Below are positions 1 through 9,637 of a DNA stretch of 64,000 nucleotides, in pieces. The first letter of the stretch is position 1. Every line of letters starts with the position of its first letter. The DNA comes from an uncultured Gemmatimonadales bacterium (lineage in GTDB: Bacteria; Gemmatimonadota; Gemmatimonadetes; Longimicrobiales; Gaopeijiaceae), in contig CAWELD010000003.1 in the NCBI GenBank assembly GCA_963809895.1, positions 384,001-448,000 of the forward strand, in the 5' to 3' direction. The position numbers and the translations under genes were made by a program. The notes under the pieces are model-generated. The model was not told the DNA's origin, ran no database searches, and saw nothing but the letters and a program-made list of their open reading frames with translations.

Positions 1-1
1 G

Positions 2-544
2 CACGCCCGGGGCTACGCCGTGGGGTCGCTGCATCCGCTGCAGTCCCTGGCGCATCCACTGATGGGTGCGGACCGGCTCCCGGGATCGGCCTTCGCCGGG
101 TCGGGAGAGCCGCGAGCGACCGCCGTGGCCCGCTCCATCGTGTCCGCTCTCGGCGGACGTCTGCTCCAGATTCCGGTGAGTCGGCGACCCCTCTACCACG
201 CCGCGGCCGTTCTGGCCTCCAACGGGCTCGCCGCCCTGACGGCCTCCGCCCTGCGGCTGCTGGTGCAGGCCGGCATCGACGAGGCGGATGCCCTGTCCGC
301 GCTTCTGCCGCTCCTGCGGGGGACCCTGGACAACATCGAGGAAATGGGACTCCTTCAGGCTCTCACCGGGCCGGTGGAGCGGGGCGACCGGGAGACGGCG
401 CGGTTGCATCTGGCGGCTCTGGACCCCCGCGACCGCGACGTCTATCGAGCCCTGGGCCGGGAGCTGGCACGGCTGACCGCCGAGCGTGGTGAGGAGGAGC
501 AGCCCGACGAGGCCTGGGACGAACTCTTTCAGGAAATCCCATGA
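2..544 (+). CDS. Rossmann-like/DUF2520 domain protein (5' partial)
   Basis: Frame open from the window edge; [18 protein letters not shown] and [10 protein letters not shown] motifs; stop overlaps the pdxJ start. Confidence 0.85.
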   Translation, partial: HARGYAVGSLHPLQSLAHPLMGADRLPGSAFAGSGEPRATAVARSIVSALGGRLLQIPVSRRPLYHAAAVLASNGLAALTASALRLLVQAGIDEADALSALLPLLRGTLDNIEEMGLLQALTGPVERGDRETARLHLAALDPRDRDVYRALGRELARLTAERGEEEQPDEAWDELFQEIP

Positions 545-1269
545 GGTTCTACGTAAACATCGACCACGTGGCCACGGTCCGCGAGGCGCGCCGGACGGAC
601 GAACCCGACCCGGTACGAGCCGCGGTGCTGGTCGAGCTCGCCGGTGCGGACGGTATCACCGTGCACCTGCGTGAAGACCGGCGGCACATCCACGACCGGG
701 ACGTGCGCCTGCTCTCCGACACGCTGCGCACCGTGCTCAATCTCGAACTCGCCAGTGCCTCGGAGATCGTGGATCTGGCGTGCGAGCTCCGGCCGCATCA
801 GGCCACGCTCGTCCCCGAGCGCCGGGAGGAGATCACCACGGAAGGCGGCCTCGACCTGGGCTCGCGTGACCAGCGCGAACGCCTGGAGCCCGTGATTCGC
901 CGGCTCCGTGACGAGGGTATCCGCACTTCGCTGTTCATCGATCCTCGTGACGAATCACTGCGGATCTCCAGTGAGCTCGGGGCCGATGCCGTGGAGTTGC
1001 ACACCGGAGAGTACGCCAACGCGCGGGAGCAGGATGGGCGGGTCCGGGAACTGAACCGCCTTGCGGGCGCCGCCGCCACGGGCCGGGAGCTCGGGCTGGC
1101 GGTCCACGCCGGCCACGGGTTGACCTACGAGAACGTGGCTCCCGTCGCCACCATCCGCGAGATCGAGGAGCTCAACATCGGTCACTCGATCATCTCACGG
1201 GCGGTCTTCGTCGGCATGGAGCGCGCGGTGCGTGAGATGGCGACGATCCTCCGCGAGGCGCGCCGGTGA
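541..1269 (+). CDS. pdxJ: Pyridoxine 5'-phosphate synthase
   Basis: [57 protein letters not shown]. Confidence 0.97.
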   Translation: MRFYVNIDHVATVREARRTDEPDPVRAAVLVELAGADGITVHLREDRRHIHDRDVRLLSDTLRTVLNLELASASEIVDLACELRPHQATLVPERREEITTEGGLDLGSRDQRERLEPVIRRLRDEGIRTSLFIDPRDESLRISSELGADAVELHTGEYANAREQDGRVRELNRLAGAAATGRELGLAVHAGHGLTYENVAPVATIREIEELNIGHSIISRAVFVGMERAVREMATILREARR

Positions 1270-2327
1270 GACGTTCGTGGAAGGCCATCCTCGGGGTGGG
1301 CCTGTCCGCGTTCTTGATCTGGTACACCCTCCGCGACGTGGATCCCGTCGCGGTGTGGCACCAGGTGCAGCGCGCGAACCTGTGGCTCCTGGCGGGCGCG
1401 GTGGCCATTGCCACCTTCGGATTCGCCGTGCGGGCATGGCGTTGGCGGATCCTGCTGCATCCCCTGCGTCAGGACACCACGTTCCACGATCGATTCTCCG
1501 CGGTCAACATCGGCTTCATGGCCAACAACCTGGTCGGTGGCCGGGTGGGCGAGTTCGCCCGGGCCTACGCCTACAGCCGGCTGGATCCGCGGGTCAGCGT
1601 CAGTGGCGCCTTCGGAACGCTGGTAGTGGAGCGCCTGCTGGATGCGCTGACGCTGTCCGCGTTCCTGGTGCTCACGGTCCTCGCCCCGTCCTTCCCGGAC
1701 GTGGCGCTGGGCCCGCGATTCACGGCCCTGATCCGCCTGGCGGCGCTGCTCCTGGGGGCACTGGTCGTGATGATCGGCTTCCTGCTGGCTCTTCCGGGGC
1801 CCGTGGTCCGACTCGTGGAGCGTCTGGCCGGCTTTCTACCGGCGAGCGCGGGCCGCATCGTCGTGGATGCCCTGGAGGCGTTCATGGAGGCGCTGGGGGT
1901 CGTGCGGTCGCCGGCGCTCCTGGCCCAGGCCGTGGCCTGGACCGTGGGGTTCTGGCTCTTTCACGGGGTCTCGTTCTGGTTGGGCATGCTGGCCTTCGGG
2001 ATCCACTCGGGACCCATCGCGGCTTGGTTCACCGAGGCCGTGGTGGGCTTCGGGGTGGCGCTGCCCGCTGCTCCGGGATTCTTCGGCACCTTTCACGCCT
2101 CCGCCCAGTTCGCGTTGGAGACGGTCTACCAGGCCGACCCGGTGCGCACGCTGGCCTTCGCGTACGGGTACCACATCGGAGGGTTCATACCCGTGACGCT
2201 CATGGGACTCTGGTACGCCCGGGCTCTCGGCCTGTCGCTGGGCGATGTGCGCGCCAGCGAGGCCCGTGTAGAGGAGGCCGTGGAGGGTACCCACCACGAT
2301 TCGGAGCCGGGATCGGGGCCATCGTGA
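1266..2327 (+). CDS. Lysylphosphatidylglycerol synthase TM-domain (UPF0104) flippase-like membrane protein
   Basis: Multi-[43 protein letters not shown]. Confidence 0.85.
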   Translation: MRRSWKAILGVGLSAFLIWYTLRDVDPVAVWHQVQRANLWLLAGAVAIATFGFAVRAWRWRILLHPLRQDTTFHDRFSAVNIGFMANNLVGGRVGEFARAYAYSRLDPRVSVSGAFGTLVVERLLDALTLSAFLVLTVLAPSFPDVALGPRFTALIRLAALLLGALVVMIGFLLALPGPVVRLVERLAGFLPASAGRIVVDALEAFMEALGVVRSPALLAQAVAWTVGFWLFHGVSFWLGMLAFGIHSGPIAAWFTEAVVGFGVALPAAPGFFGTFHASAQFALETVYQADPVRTLAFAYGYHIGGFIPVTLMGLWYARALGLSLGDVRASEARVEEAVEGTHHDSEPGSGPS

Positions 2328-3226
2328 GCACGCCGTACGGGGTGGACGTGGAAGCTCCCGCCAAGATCAACCTGACCTTGCGGATCCTGCGCGCCCGGGC
2401 CGACGGGTTCCACGAGCTAGAGACATTGTTCCAGGCCGTGGGTCTCTCGGATAGTCTGGAGATTCAACGGCGTCGGGATCCCGGCGTGGGCCTCCGCGTG
2501 GTGGGTGAGGACCTCGGTGCGCCGGAGGACAACCTGGTGACCCGGGCGGCTCGGGCGTATCTGGAGGCCGCGGCGCTGGATGACCAGGGCGTGGACGTCC
2601 GACTCGAGAAGAGCATCCCGTCGGGAGCGGGACTGGGCGGTGGCAGCTCGGATGCCGGTGCCACGCTGCGGGCCATGGACGCGCTCTTCGCCCGGGCCGT
2701 GCCCCTGGAGCGCCTGACATCGCTGGCCGTGTCGCTGGGATCGGACGTGGGCTTCTTCGTCGGGTCGGCGGGCCTCGCGGCGGCTGGCGGCCGAGGAGAG
2801 CGACTTCGTCCGTTGTCCCCGCTTCCGGCCGCCGGTGTGGTGGTGGGGCTGCCTCCCGTGAAGGTGGCTACGGGCTCCGCGTATGGTCGTCTGGACCGCC
2901 ACCGAGCCGGGTCGGTGCCCCCGCCGGTGCTGGGCGACGCCGCGCCAGCGGCATGGTCCGAGGTAGCCCAGTTGGCGCTCAACGACTTCGAAGAGGTCGT
3001 GCTCCCAGGGTATCCGCCGGTGGCGCAGGCGCTGCGGGCCCTTCGTGAAGACGAGCCGCTGATGGCGCTTCTGTCCGGAAGCGGGAGTGCCGTCTTCGCC
3101 GTTCATCCGGACCTCGATTCCGCTCGCGCCGCTGCCGGGCGCGCCCAGCAGCGGGCGCCGGAGACCCGCTTCGTCGCCGTGTCCACGCTGCCGCACATCC
3201 CGGCGCCGCGCATACACGAGGGTTGA
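2324..3226 (+). CDS. ispE: 4-diphosphocytidyl-2-C-methyl-D-erythritol kinase
   Basis: GTG at 2324 overlaps the upstream TGA; APAKINLTL, KSIPSGAGLGGGSSDA, LGSDV, LSGSGSAVF. Confidence 0.95.
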   Translation: MSTPYGVDVEAPAKINLTLRILRARADGFHELETLFQAVGLSDSLEIQRRRDPGVGLRVVGEDLGAPEDNLVTRAARAYLEAAALDDQGVDVRLEKSIPSGAGLGGGSSDAGATLRAMDALFARAVPLERLTSLAVSLGSDVGFFVGSAGLAAAGGRGERLRPLSPLPAAGVVVGLPPVKVATGSAYGRLDRHRAGSVPPPVLGDAAPAAWSEVAQLALNDFEEVVLPGYPPVAQALRALREDEPLMALLSGSGSAVFAVHPDLDSARAAAGRAQQRAPETRFVAVSTLPHIPAPRIHEG

Positions 3227-3251
3227 ACCGATCTGACGGGTGGTCTAGTCT
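3223..3251 (+). promoter_or_regulatory. sigma70-type promoter of tRNA-Gln
   Basis: TTGAAC-N17-TAGTCT upstream of the tRNA. Confidence 0.55.
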
Positions 3252-3289
3252 TCGCTTGCGTTCGACCCCGCTCGCGAGGGGTCCGTCGT

Positions 3290-3360
3290 TGGCCCGTCGT
3301 CTAATGGCAGGACACCGGTCTTTGGAACCGGCGGTGGTGGTTCGAATCCACCCGGGCCAA
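3290..3360 (+). tRNA. tRNA-Gln(TTG), CCA not encoded
   Basis: Acceptor TGGCCCG/CGGGCCA, anticodon arm CCGGT-CTTTGGA-ACCGG, T arm GGTGG-TTCGAAT-CCACC; usual position after ispE. Confidence 0.95.
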
Positions 3361-3453
3361 TTCTGAGGTATGTGGACCCAGCCTGTCGATTCCGTTGCGT
3401 CCGCGGGCCGTGGGGCGGTACTGTCACCAGCCACCACACGACGGGACGGTAGC

Positions 3454-3876
3454 ATGGGACGGAGCGGTAGCCACGGTGGATCCCGCGTGACGGGAGCCAG
3501 GCGGAGGGTCGGAGGCTGGCTGGGCTGTGCGCTGGTGATCGCGCTTCCGGCCTGCTCGTCGTCGTTGCCCTCGCCGTTCTCGCGCCGGACCACCCAGGTG
3601 TTCGTCACTGTGGCGAACCGCAACTGGACGGATCACACGATCTTCGTCTCCCGGGGTGGCGCACGAGCCCGTCTCGGCCTCGTCTCGTCCAATCAGACCC
3701 GGACCTTCCGGCTTCCGCCGGACATGACCCACCCGGGCATCGCCATCTATTTCCTCGCCGATCCCGTCGGCTCGGATCAGGTCTATTCCAGCCCCCAGGT
3801 CTCGCTGAACGGAGGCGAAACCTGGGTCTGGACGCTCATGCCACAGATTGAGCAGTCCACGCTCGTCCTGCGCTGA
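3454..3876 (+). CDS. Hypothetical lipoprotein (start uncertain)
   Basis: Hydrophobic stretch with lipobox LPAC, then a beta-rich domain. Confidence 0.65.
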   Translation: MGRSGSHGGSRVTGARRRVGGWLGCALVIALPACSSSLPSPFSRRTTQVFVTVANRNWTDHTIFVSRGGARARLGLVSSNQTRTFRLPPDMTHPGIAIYFLADPVGSDQVYSSPQVSLNGGETWVWTLMPQIEQSTLVLR

Positions 3877-4168
3877 CAACGAGGCCCTCCGACGGGTAAC
3901 CCGGCTCCTGACCGGCGCGTAAGGTTTCCCGGTCAACATTCTTGCGGTTCCGTAACGAGATCCCTATATGGGGTGGCGAGCAGTCGCGCATCACACGGGT
4001 CCGGCCCTTCCCCCGCCTCCGGACCGACATCTTCGTCGACATAGATCCAATCCGAACGTTCTCGGCCTCGGGTAACCGGGGTCGGAGAGACGGAACGCCG
4101 TCGTGGCGTTCGATAGCCGGCCCGGGAGAGGCCCGGGCGGAATGCAACTCAACCCGGAGGAGCCAGGA

Positions 4169-7100
4169 ATGGGACGCAACCTGGTACGCGGCTTGGCTCT
4201 CTCGCTCCTGCTGCTGGCCATGCCCATGGCGGTATCGGCGCAGGCGAGAGAGATCACGGGCCGAGTCGTCACAGAAACGGGGCAGGCGCCGCTTGCCGAC
4301 GTGGCGGTTCAGCTCGTGGGAACACAGCGCGGAGCCTTCACCGATGCCAACGGCCGATTCAGCATCACGGTCCCGGCCGGCCCGGTGCAGCTACGCGTGA
4401 GCTTGATCGGCTGGGCGACCCAGACGGTCGACATCGATGCGGGTCAGATGAACGTGACCATCAGCTTGGCCCGTGACGTCCTCAACCTGGATGAGATCGT
4501 GGTCACTGGTCAGGCGACGTCCGTGGCTCGCCGCAACCTCGCCAACGCCGTGGCGACGGTGAGCTCGGACGAGCTCACCAAGACACCCGCCGCCAGTCTG
4601 GAGCAGCAGCTCGCCGGTAAGATCGCCGGCGCCGACATCCAGGCCAACAGCGGCGCCCCGGGCGGTGGGTTGCAGGTCAACCTGCGTGGCGTTTCGTCCA
4701 TCATCGGCGCCGCCACACCCCTCTATGTCGTCGATGGCGTGATCGTCAGTGACATCTCCGTGGCGTCGGGAACCAACGTCATCGAGCGTGCCAGCGGTGG
4801 GGCCTTCGGCAGCGGGTTCGCCTCGAACCAGGACAACGCCCCCAACCGCATCGCCGACCTCAACCCCAACGACATCGAGAGCGTCGAGGTGCTCAAGGGC
4901 GCCTCGGCCGCGGCCATCTACGGATCCAAGGCCAACAACGGGGTGATCATCATCACCACCAAGCGTGGCCGATCGGGGGCACCGCAGTTCTCGCTCACGC
5001 AGCGCTTCGGCACATTCGACCTCAGTAACAAGCTGGGTCTCCGCCGCTTCAACAGCATGCAGGAGGCTGTGGACGTCTTCGGACCTCGCGCCGCCGACTA
5101 CTGGGACGGGAACTTCTACGACCACGAAGAGGAGATCGCCGGCAACAACCCGCTCTCCTACGAGACGGCACTCAGCATGAGCGGCGGTACGCCCGACACG
5201 CGCTATTTCGCATCGGGCCTGGTGAAGCACGACGGCGGCATCATCACTGGGACCTACTACGACAAGCAGTCCCTGCGCCTGAACATCGATCAGAACCTGG
5301 GTGACCGGGCCACGATCCGAGTGAACATGAACGGCCTCCACACCAAGACGGGCCGAGGATTCACGAACAACGACAACCGGTCCATCTCGTACTGGATGAC
5401 GTTCCCGCAGACGCCCACCTTCGTGAACATCCAGAAGCAGGGCGACGACTGGCCAGACAACCCCTTCGCCAACTCGAATCCGCTCCAGACCGCGGCGCTG
5501 GCGAAGAACGACGAACAGGTCTGGCGCATCATCAGCTCGGCCGAGCTGCAGGTGGATCTGCTCCAGTCCGACGATCAGTCGCTGCGCTTCACCGGAAACG
5601 CCGGCGCCGACTTCTTCAACCTGAAGAACGTCGTGTTCTCGCCGCCGGAGCTCCAGTTCGAGCCCCTCGACGGCAAGCCGGGCACGACCTTCCTGGGTCA
5701 GACCGACAACCTCAACCTGAACGCCGGCGGGAGCCTGGTGCACGAGTGGCATCCCGAGAGCATGGGGATCTCCGCCACCACCTCGCTGGGCATGCAGTAC
5801 GAGCAGCGTGAGCTGGACGTGGCCCGGATCCTCAACGAGGACCTCATCGTCGGCCAGAGCAACATCGACCAGGGCACCAACCCCGGCATCTTCCAGAACC
5901 GGCAGAAGGTCCGGGACCTGGGCTTCTTCGCTCAGGAAGAGGTGCTGCTCCTGGATGAGCGGCTGCTGCTCACCGCCGGCCTGCGGGCCGACCGGTCCAG
6001 CAACAACGCCGAGCCGGACAAGTACTTCTACTATCCGAAGTTCGCCGGCTCGTACCGCTTCCCGGATCTGATTCCGGGCAAGGTCGACGAGCTCAAGCTG
6101 CGGGCGGCCTGGGGACAGGCCGGCAACCAGCCTCTCTACGGCTCCAAGTTCTCGAACCTCAACTCCGGCAACATCGCCGGTCTCCAGACGCTCAACATCT
6201 CCACCACCACGGTGGCGGAGGATCTGCATCCCGAGCGTCAGCGTGAGCTCGAGGGTGGCTTCGACGCAACGTTGTTCAACCAGCGTGCGCAGCTCGAGTT
6301 CACCGCGTATCAGCGCCGGATCACCGAGCTTCTGCTTCGGCGAGCCCTTCCGCCGTCCAGCGGCTACAACACCGCCATCTTCAACGGCGGCGTCATGAAG
6401 ACAACCGGGTACGAAGCGGCGCTGCAGTTGCTGCCCATTTCGAAGCCCGACTTCGAGTGGAACTCCCGGGTCACGTTCTCGAAGGACAAGACCATCATCG
6501 AAGAGTTGCCCGTGCCACCGTTCGCGGCGGGCGGCTTCGGAACCGCCCTCGGCGGCTTCCGCGTCGAGGAGGGCAAGAGCGCCACGCAGATCGTCGGACG
6601 TGACACCACCACGGTGGTCAACGACCCGCGCTGCGACGGCGACTGCCCCATCGGCACGCGTATCGTCACGGACATCGGCGACGCCAATCCCGACTTCCGC
6701 ATGGGCTTCTCCAACGAGATCCGCAAGGGAGCCTTCAGCCTGTACAGCCTCTTCGACTGGCAGCATGGCGGCGACGTCATCAACCTGACCGCCTGGCTGT
6801 ACGACCTGAGCCAGACCGCCGACGACTTCGCCGACGCGTGCAACGTCGCAGGGTGCCAGGACGGTGAGACGCTGGGCGAGTACCGCCTGCGCGTCTATCC
6901 AGGCCGCACCTCGAAGGTGTGGGTGGAGGACGGCTCTTTCCTGAAGCTGCGTGAGCTGACCCTCACCTACGACGTTCCCCAGGACCTCGTGCAGGGCATC
7001 TGGGGCCGTGCTCGCTTCCTGCGCCTCAGCCTTTCTGGCCGGAATCTCTACACCTGGACGGGCTACTCGGGCATGGATCCCGAGGTCAGTAACTTCGGCG

Positions 7101-7183
7101 CCCAGGCCATCGGCCGGAACGTGGACGTGGCGCCTTACCCACCCAGCCGGAGCTTCTGGCTGTCGGTGGACATCGGCTTCTGA
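4169..7183 (+). CDS. SusC/RagA family TonB-linked outer membrane receptor
   Basis: GGAGG RBS; signal peptide; N-terminal Ig-like domain; LDEIVVTG; PLYVVDG; DLNPNDIESVEVLKGASAAAIYGSKANNGVIIITTKRG; C-terminal Phe. Confidence 0.95.
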   Translation: MGRNLVRGLALSLLLLAMPMAVSAQAREITGRVVTETGQAPLADVAVQLVGTQRGAFTDANGRFSITVPAGPVQLRVSLIGWATQTVDIDAGQMNVTISLARDVLNLDEIVVTGQATSVARRNLANAVATVSSDELTKTPAASLEQQLAGKIAGADIQANSGAPGGGLQVNLRGVSSIIGAATPLYVVDGVIVSDISVASGTNVIERASGGAFGSGFASNQDNAPNRIADLNPNDIESVEVLKGASAAAIYGSKANNGVIIITTKRGRSGAPQFSLTQRFGTFDLSNKLGLRRFNSMQEAVDVFGPRAADYWDGNFYDHEEEIAGNNPLSYETALSMSGGTPDTRYFASGLVKHDGGIITGTYYDKQSLRLNIDQNLGDRATIRVNMNGLHTKTGRGFTNNDNRSISYWMTFPQTPTFVNIQKQGDDWPDNPFANSNPLQTAALAKNDEQVWRIISSAELQVDLLQSDDQSLRFTGNAGADFFNLKNVVFSPPELQFEPLDGKPGTTFLGQTDNLNLNAGGSLVHEWHPESMGISATTSLGMQYEQRELDVARILNEDLIVGQSNIDQGTNPGIFQNRQKVRDLGFFAQEEVLLLDERLLLTAGLRADRSSNNAEPDKYFYYPKFAGSYRFPDLIPGKVDELKLRAAWGQAGNQPLYGSKFSNLNSGNIAGLQTLNISTTTVAEDLHPERQRELEGGFDATLFNQRAQLEFTAYQRRITELLLRRALPPSSGYNTAIFNGGVMKTTGYEAALQLLPISKPDFEWNSRVTFSKDKTIIEELPVPPFAAGGFGTALGGFRVEEGKSATQIVGRDTTTVVNDPRCDGDCPIGTRIVTDIGDANPDFRMGFSNEIRKGAFSLYSLFDWQHGGDVINLTAWLYDLSQTADDFADACNVAGCQDGETLGEYRLRVYPGRTSKVWVEDGSFLKLRELTLTYDVPQDLVQGIWGRARFLRLSLSGRNLYTWTGYSGMDPEVSNFGAQAIGRNVDVAPYPPSRSFWLSVDIGF

Positions 7184-7203
7184 TGATGCGACGAGGAGAA
7201 CCC

Positions 7204-8565
7204 ATGAACGCGAAGAAGATGCTGCGCCGGGTCCTCGCCGTGGCCGCCGTCGGCCTCGTGGTCGCCGGTTGCGAGGACTTCACGATTCCCAACTACAACA
7301 ACCCCGCCCGGGAAGACCTGACCGGGAGCCCGACCAAGCCGACCATCGCCGCGGCGGTCCGGGGTATCGTATCCACCCAGCGGGGCCTCAAGGCTGGCAT
7401 GGTCACCCGCCTCGGCGTCTGGGGCAGGGAAGGCTACGACCTGCGGCCCGAGGAGCCCCGCACCACCACCGACGCCCTCATCGATCCCATCGATCCGGTG
7501 AACGGCGGGCTCTATTACGGTGGGCAGTACACGCAGATCGCTCAGATCAACACGGTCCTGGCGGCGCTGGAGAACTCGCCGCTGTCGGAGCAGGAGCGCA
7601 AGGCCGCCTCCGGTTTCGTGAAGACCATGAAAGCCGATGCCTTCTGGCAGATCGCCATCGCCCGTGCGGTGGAAGTCGGAATCCCCCTGGAGCCGAATCC
7701 GGATCCGAACGGGGAGCTGTCGCCGATCATGCCGAAGGCCGACGTGTGGGCGTACGTCAACAGCCTGTACGACGACGCGCTCTCGGACCTGAACGCCGGC
7801 GGAGGGAGCTTCCCGTTCGATCTGCCGGACGGGCTCTCCGACTTCGCCACGCCGTCCACCTTTGCCAAGGTGAACCGGGCTCTCAAGGCCCGTGCCCTCA
7901 AGTACCAGGGGGACTGGGATGGTGTGATCACGGCGCTGCAGGGCTCCTTCCTGAGCACGTCGGGCGCCATGGATCTCGGACCCCATTTCAACTACAGCAC
8001 CATCTCGGGTGACGCGTCGAACGGGTTCTATGGCAACCCGTACCATCACGCGCACCCGCGCATCCGGGCCGAGGCTCAGCTCCAGGACAACGGCGACATC
8101 GACCAGCGGGCCCTGGACAAGACCGAGCCCGAGCCGGCGCTCACGCTCCTGGACATCACCGTCACGGAGCACATGAACGTCTACAAGAGCCTGTCGGCTC
8201 CGCTGCCGTGGATCACCAACGACGAGCTCCTGCTCATGCGTGCCGAGGCCAACCTGGCGCTGAACAACCGTTCGGCGGCCCTCTCGGACGTGAACGTGGT
8301 GCGCACGGTGGATGGCGGCCTGCCCGCCCTGCCGGGCAGCTACGGCGGCGATCTCCTCGAGGAGATCCTGTACAACAAGCTCTACTCCCTGCTGTGGGAG
8401 GGTGGCTTCCAGTATCTGGACCTGCGCCAGTACGGGAAGCTCGACGAGCTGCCGCGGGCGCAGCCGAACCACGGGGTCTATCCCGGGTTCCCGTACCCGC
8501 TGAACGAGTGCCTCGCCCGGGACATCATGAACCAGGTGGAGTGCACGACCTACTTCGCGCAGTGA
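7204..8565 (+). CDS. SusD/RagB family outer membrane lipoprotein
   Basis: Directly follows SusC; lipobox VAGC; ELLLMRAEA, VNVVR, LLWEG...DLRQYG. Confidence 0.9.
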   Translation: MNAKKMLRRVLAVAAVGLVVAGCEDFTIPNYNNPAREDLTGSPTKPTIAAAVRGIVSTQRGLKAGMVTRLGVWGREGYDLRPEEPRTTTDALIDPIDPVNGGLYYGGQYTQIAQINTVLAALENSPLSEQERKAASGFVKTMKADAFWQIAIARAVEVGIPLEPNPDPNGELSPIMPKADVWAYVNSLYDDALSDLNAGGGSFPFDLPDGLSDFATPSTFAKVNRALKARALKYQGDWDGVITALQGSFLSTSGAMDLGPHFNYSTISGDASNGFYGNPYHHAHPRIRAEAQLQDNGDIDQRALDKTEPEPALTLLDITVTEHMNVYKSLSAPLPWITNDELLLMRAEANLALNNRSAALSDVNVVRTVDGGLPALPGSYGGDLLEEILYNKLYSLLWEGGFQYLDLRQYGKLDELPRAQPNHGVYPGFPYPLNECLARDIMNQVECTTYFAQ

Positions 8566-8610
8566 TGCGACGGGGGTAGGTGCCAGGGGTCCTGGACGGA
8601 CTCCAGCGAA

Positions 8611-8644
8611 GGCGGCGGGCCGGGGGAAACCCCGGTCCGCCGCC
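8611..8644 (+). terminator. GC-rich hairpin after susD
   Basis: GGCGGCGGGCCGGGG-GAAA-CCCCGGTCCGCCGCC; weak U tract. Confidence 0.6.
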
Positions 8645-8712
8645 GTCGTATTGAGGGATTACAGGGCGCCACCAGGGCGGGGCGCCTCTTCCGCAAGCCG
8701 GTGTGACGGACG

Positions 8713-9537
8713 ATGCGAACGACGAGGTGGGTTCCGGTGGCCGTGCTCCTCATGTCACCGGCGTGGGCCGAGGCCCAGAAACGAACCGTGACGGGTGTGC
8801 TGCGGCCCTCCGAAGCGGGCGTGCCCTTCGCGGGGGCCGCGGTCACGCTCCTGGGCTCGGACCAGGTCGTGTGCGCCGCCCCGGATGGCCGATTCTCGGT
8901 GCGCATCCCGGCGCAAGGCGAGAGCCGTCTCCGGATCCAGCCGGTGGGCTTCGATCCCTTCGAGGTGACGGTGCTCGAGGGGCGAGACGACGTCAGCCTC
9001 GCGCTCCCCGAGCACGTGGTCGTGCTCCGGGGGGTCACCGTGACGGCGTTCGCCGGGTCCGGGGCCCTGCCACACGCGAACACCGTCCTGGCCGGAAACG
9101 ACCTGTCCCGGGCGCCCAGCGCCTCCATCGAGGGTCCGCTTCAGGCCCGGGTGCCGGGCGCGGACATCCGTCACAATTCCGGCGCCCCTGGCGGAGGCTT
9201 CCAGTTGGATCTCCGAGGCGTACGCACCATTCTCGGGGGCAGCGAGCCCCTGGTGGTTGTGGACGGCACGGTGTTGAGCAATGTCAGGATCGCGTCGGGC
9301 GCGGAAATGGTGCTGGGGACCGACGCGGCGCAGTCCGACGCGGCGAACCGCCTCGCCGATCTCAATCCCGCCGACGTGGAGCGGGTGGAGGTGGTGAAGG
9401 GATCCGCTGCCACCCTCCGGTACGGCCCCCGGGCCGCCAACGGCGTCGTGGCGATCACCACGCGACGGGGACGGTATGCCCCGGCCGAGGCGGTGGACGA
9501 GACCGCGGTGGCGGCCTGCTTCCGGCCGGTGGGCTGA
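8713..9537 (+). CDS. SusC-like protein with Ig-like and plug domains but no beta-barrel
   Basis: Signal peptide; NSGAPGGG...LRG, PLVVVDG, ADLNPADVERVEVVKG...YGPRAANGVVAITTRRG; stop about 20 aa later. Confidence 0.85.
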   Translation: MRTTRWVPVAVLLMSPAWAEAQKRTVTGVLRPSEAGVPFAGAAVTLLGSDQVVCAAPDGRFSVRIPAQGESRLRIQPVGFDPFEVTVLEGRDDVSLALPEHVVVLRGVTVTAFAGSGALPHANTVLAGNDLSRAPSASIEGPLQARVPGADIRHNSGAPGGGFQLDLRGVRTILGGSEPLVVVDGTVLSNVRIASGAEMVLGTDAAQSDAANRLADLNPADVERVEVVKGSAATLRYGPRAANGVVAITTRRGRYAPAEAVDETAVAACFRPVG

Positions 9538-9637
9538 CGGGACTCGAGCGTTTGCCCGGACCTCGAACCGGGAGCTACTGTCGACGTGAGCTCCGCGGAA
9601 GCCGCTGACCCTCCGGACCCTGGTGCGCTGCCGATCG

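Noticed and set aside
1232..2323. Apparent 364-aa N-terminal extension of IspE
   Set aside because: It overlaps the real membrane-protein gene in another frame and is Arg/Gly/Pro-rich noise; the true start is the GTG at 2324.
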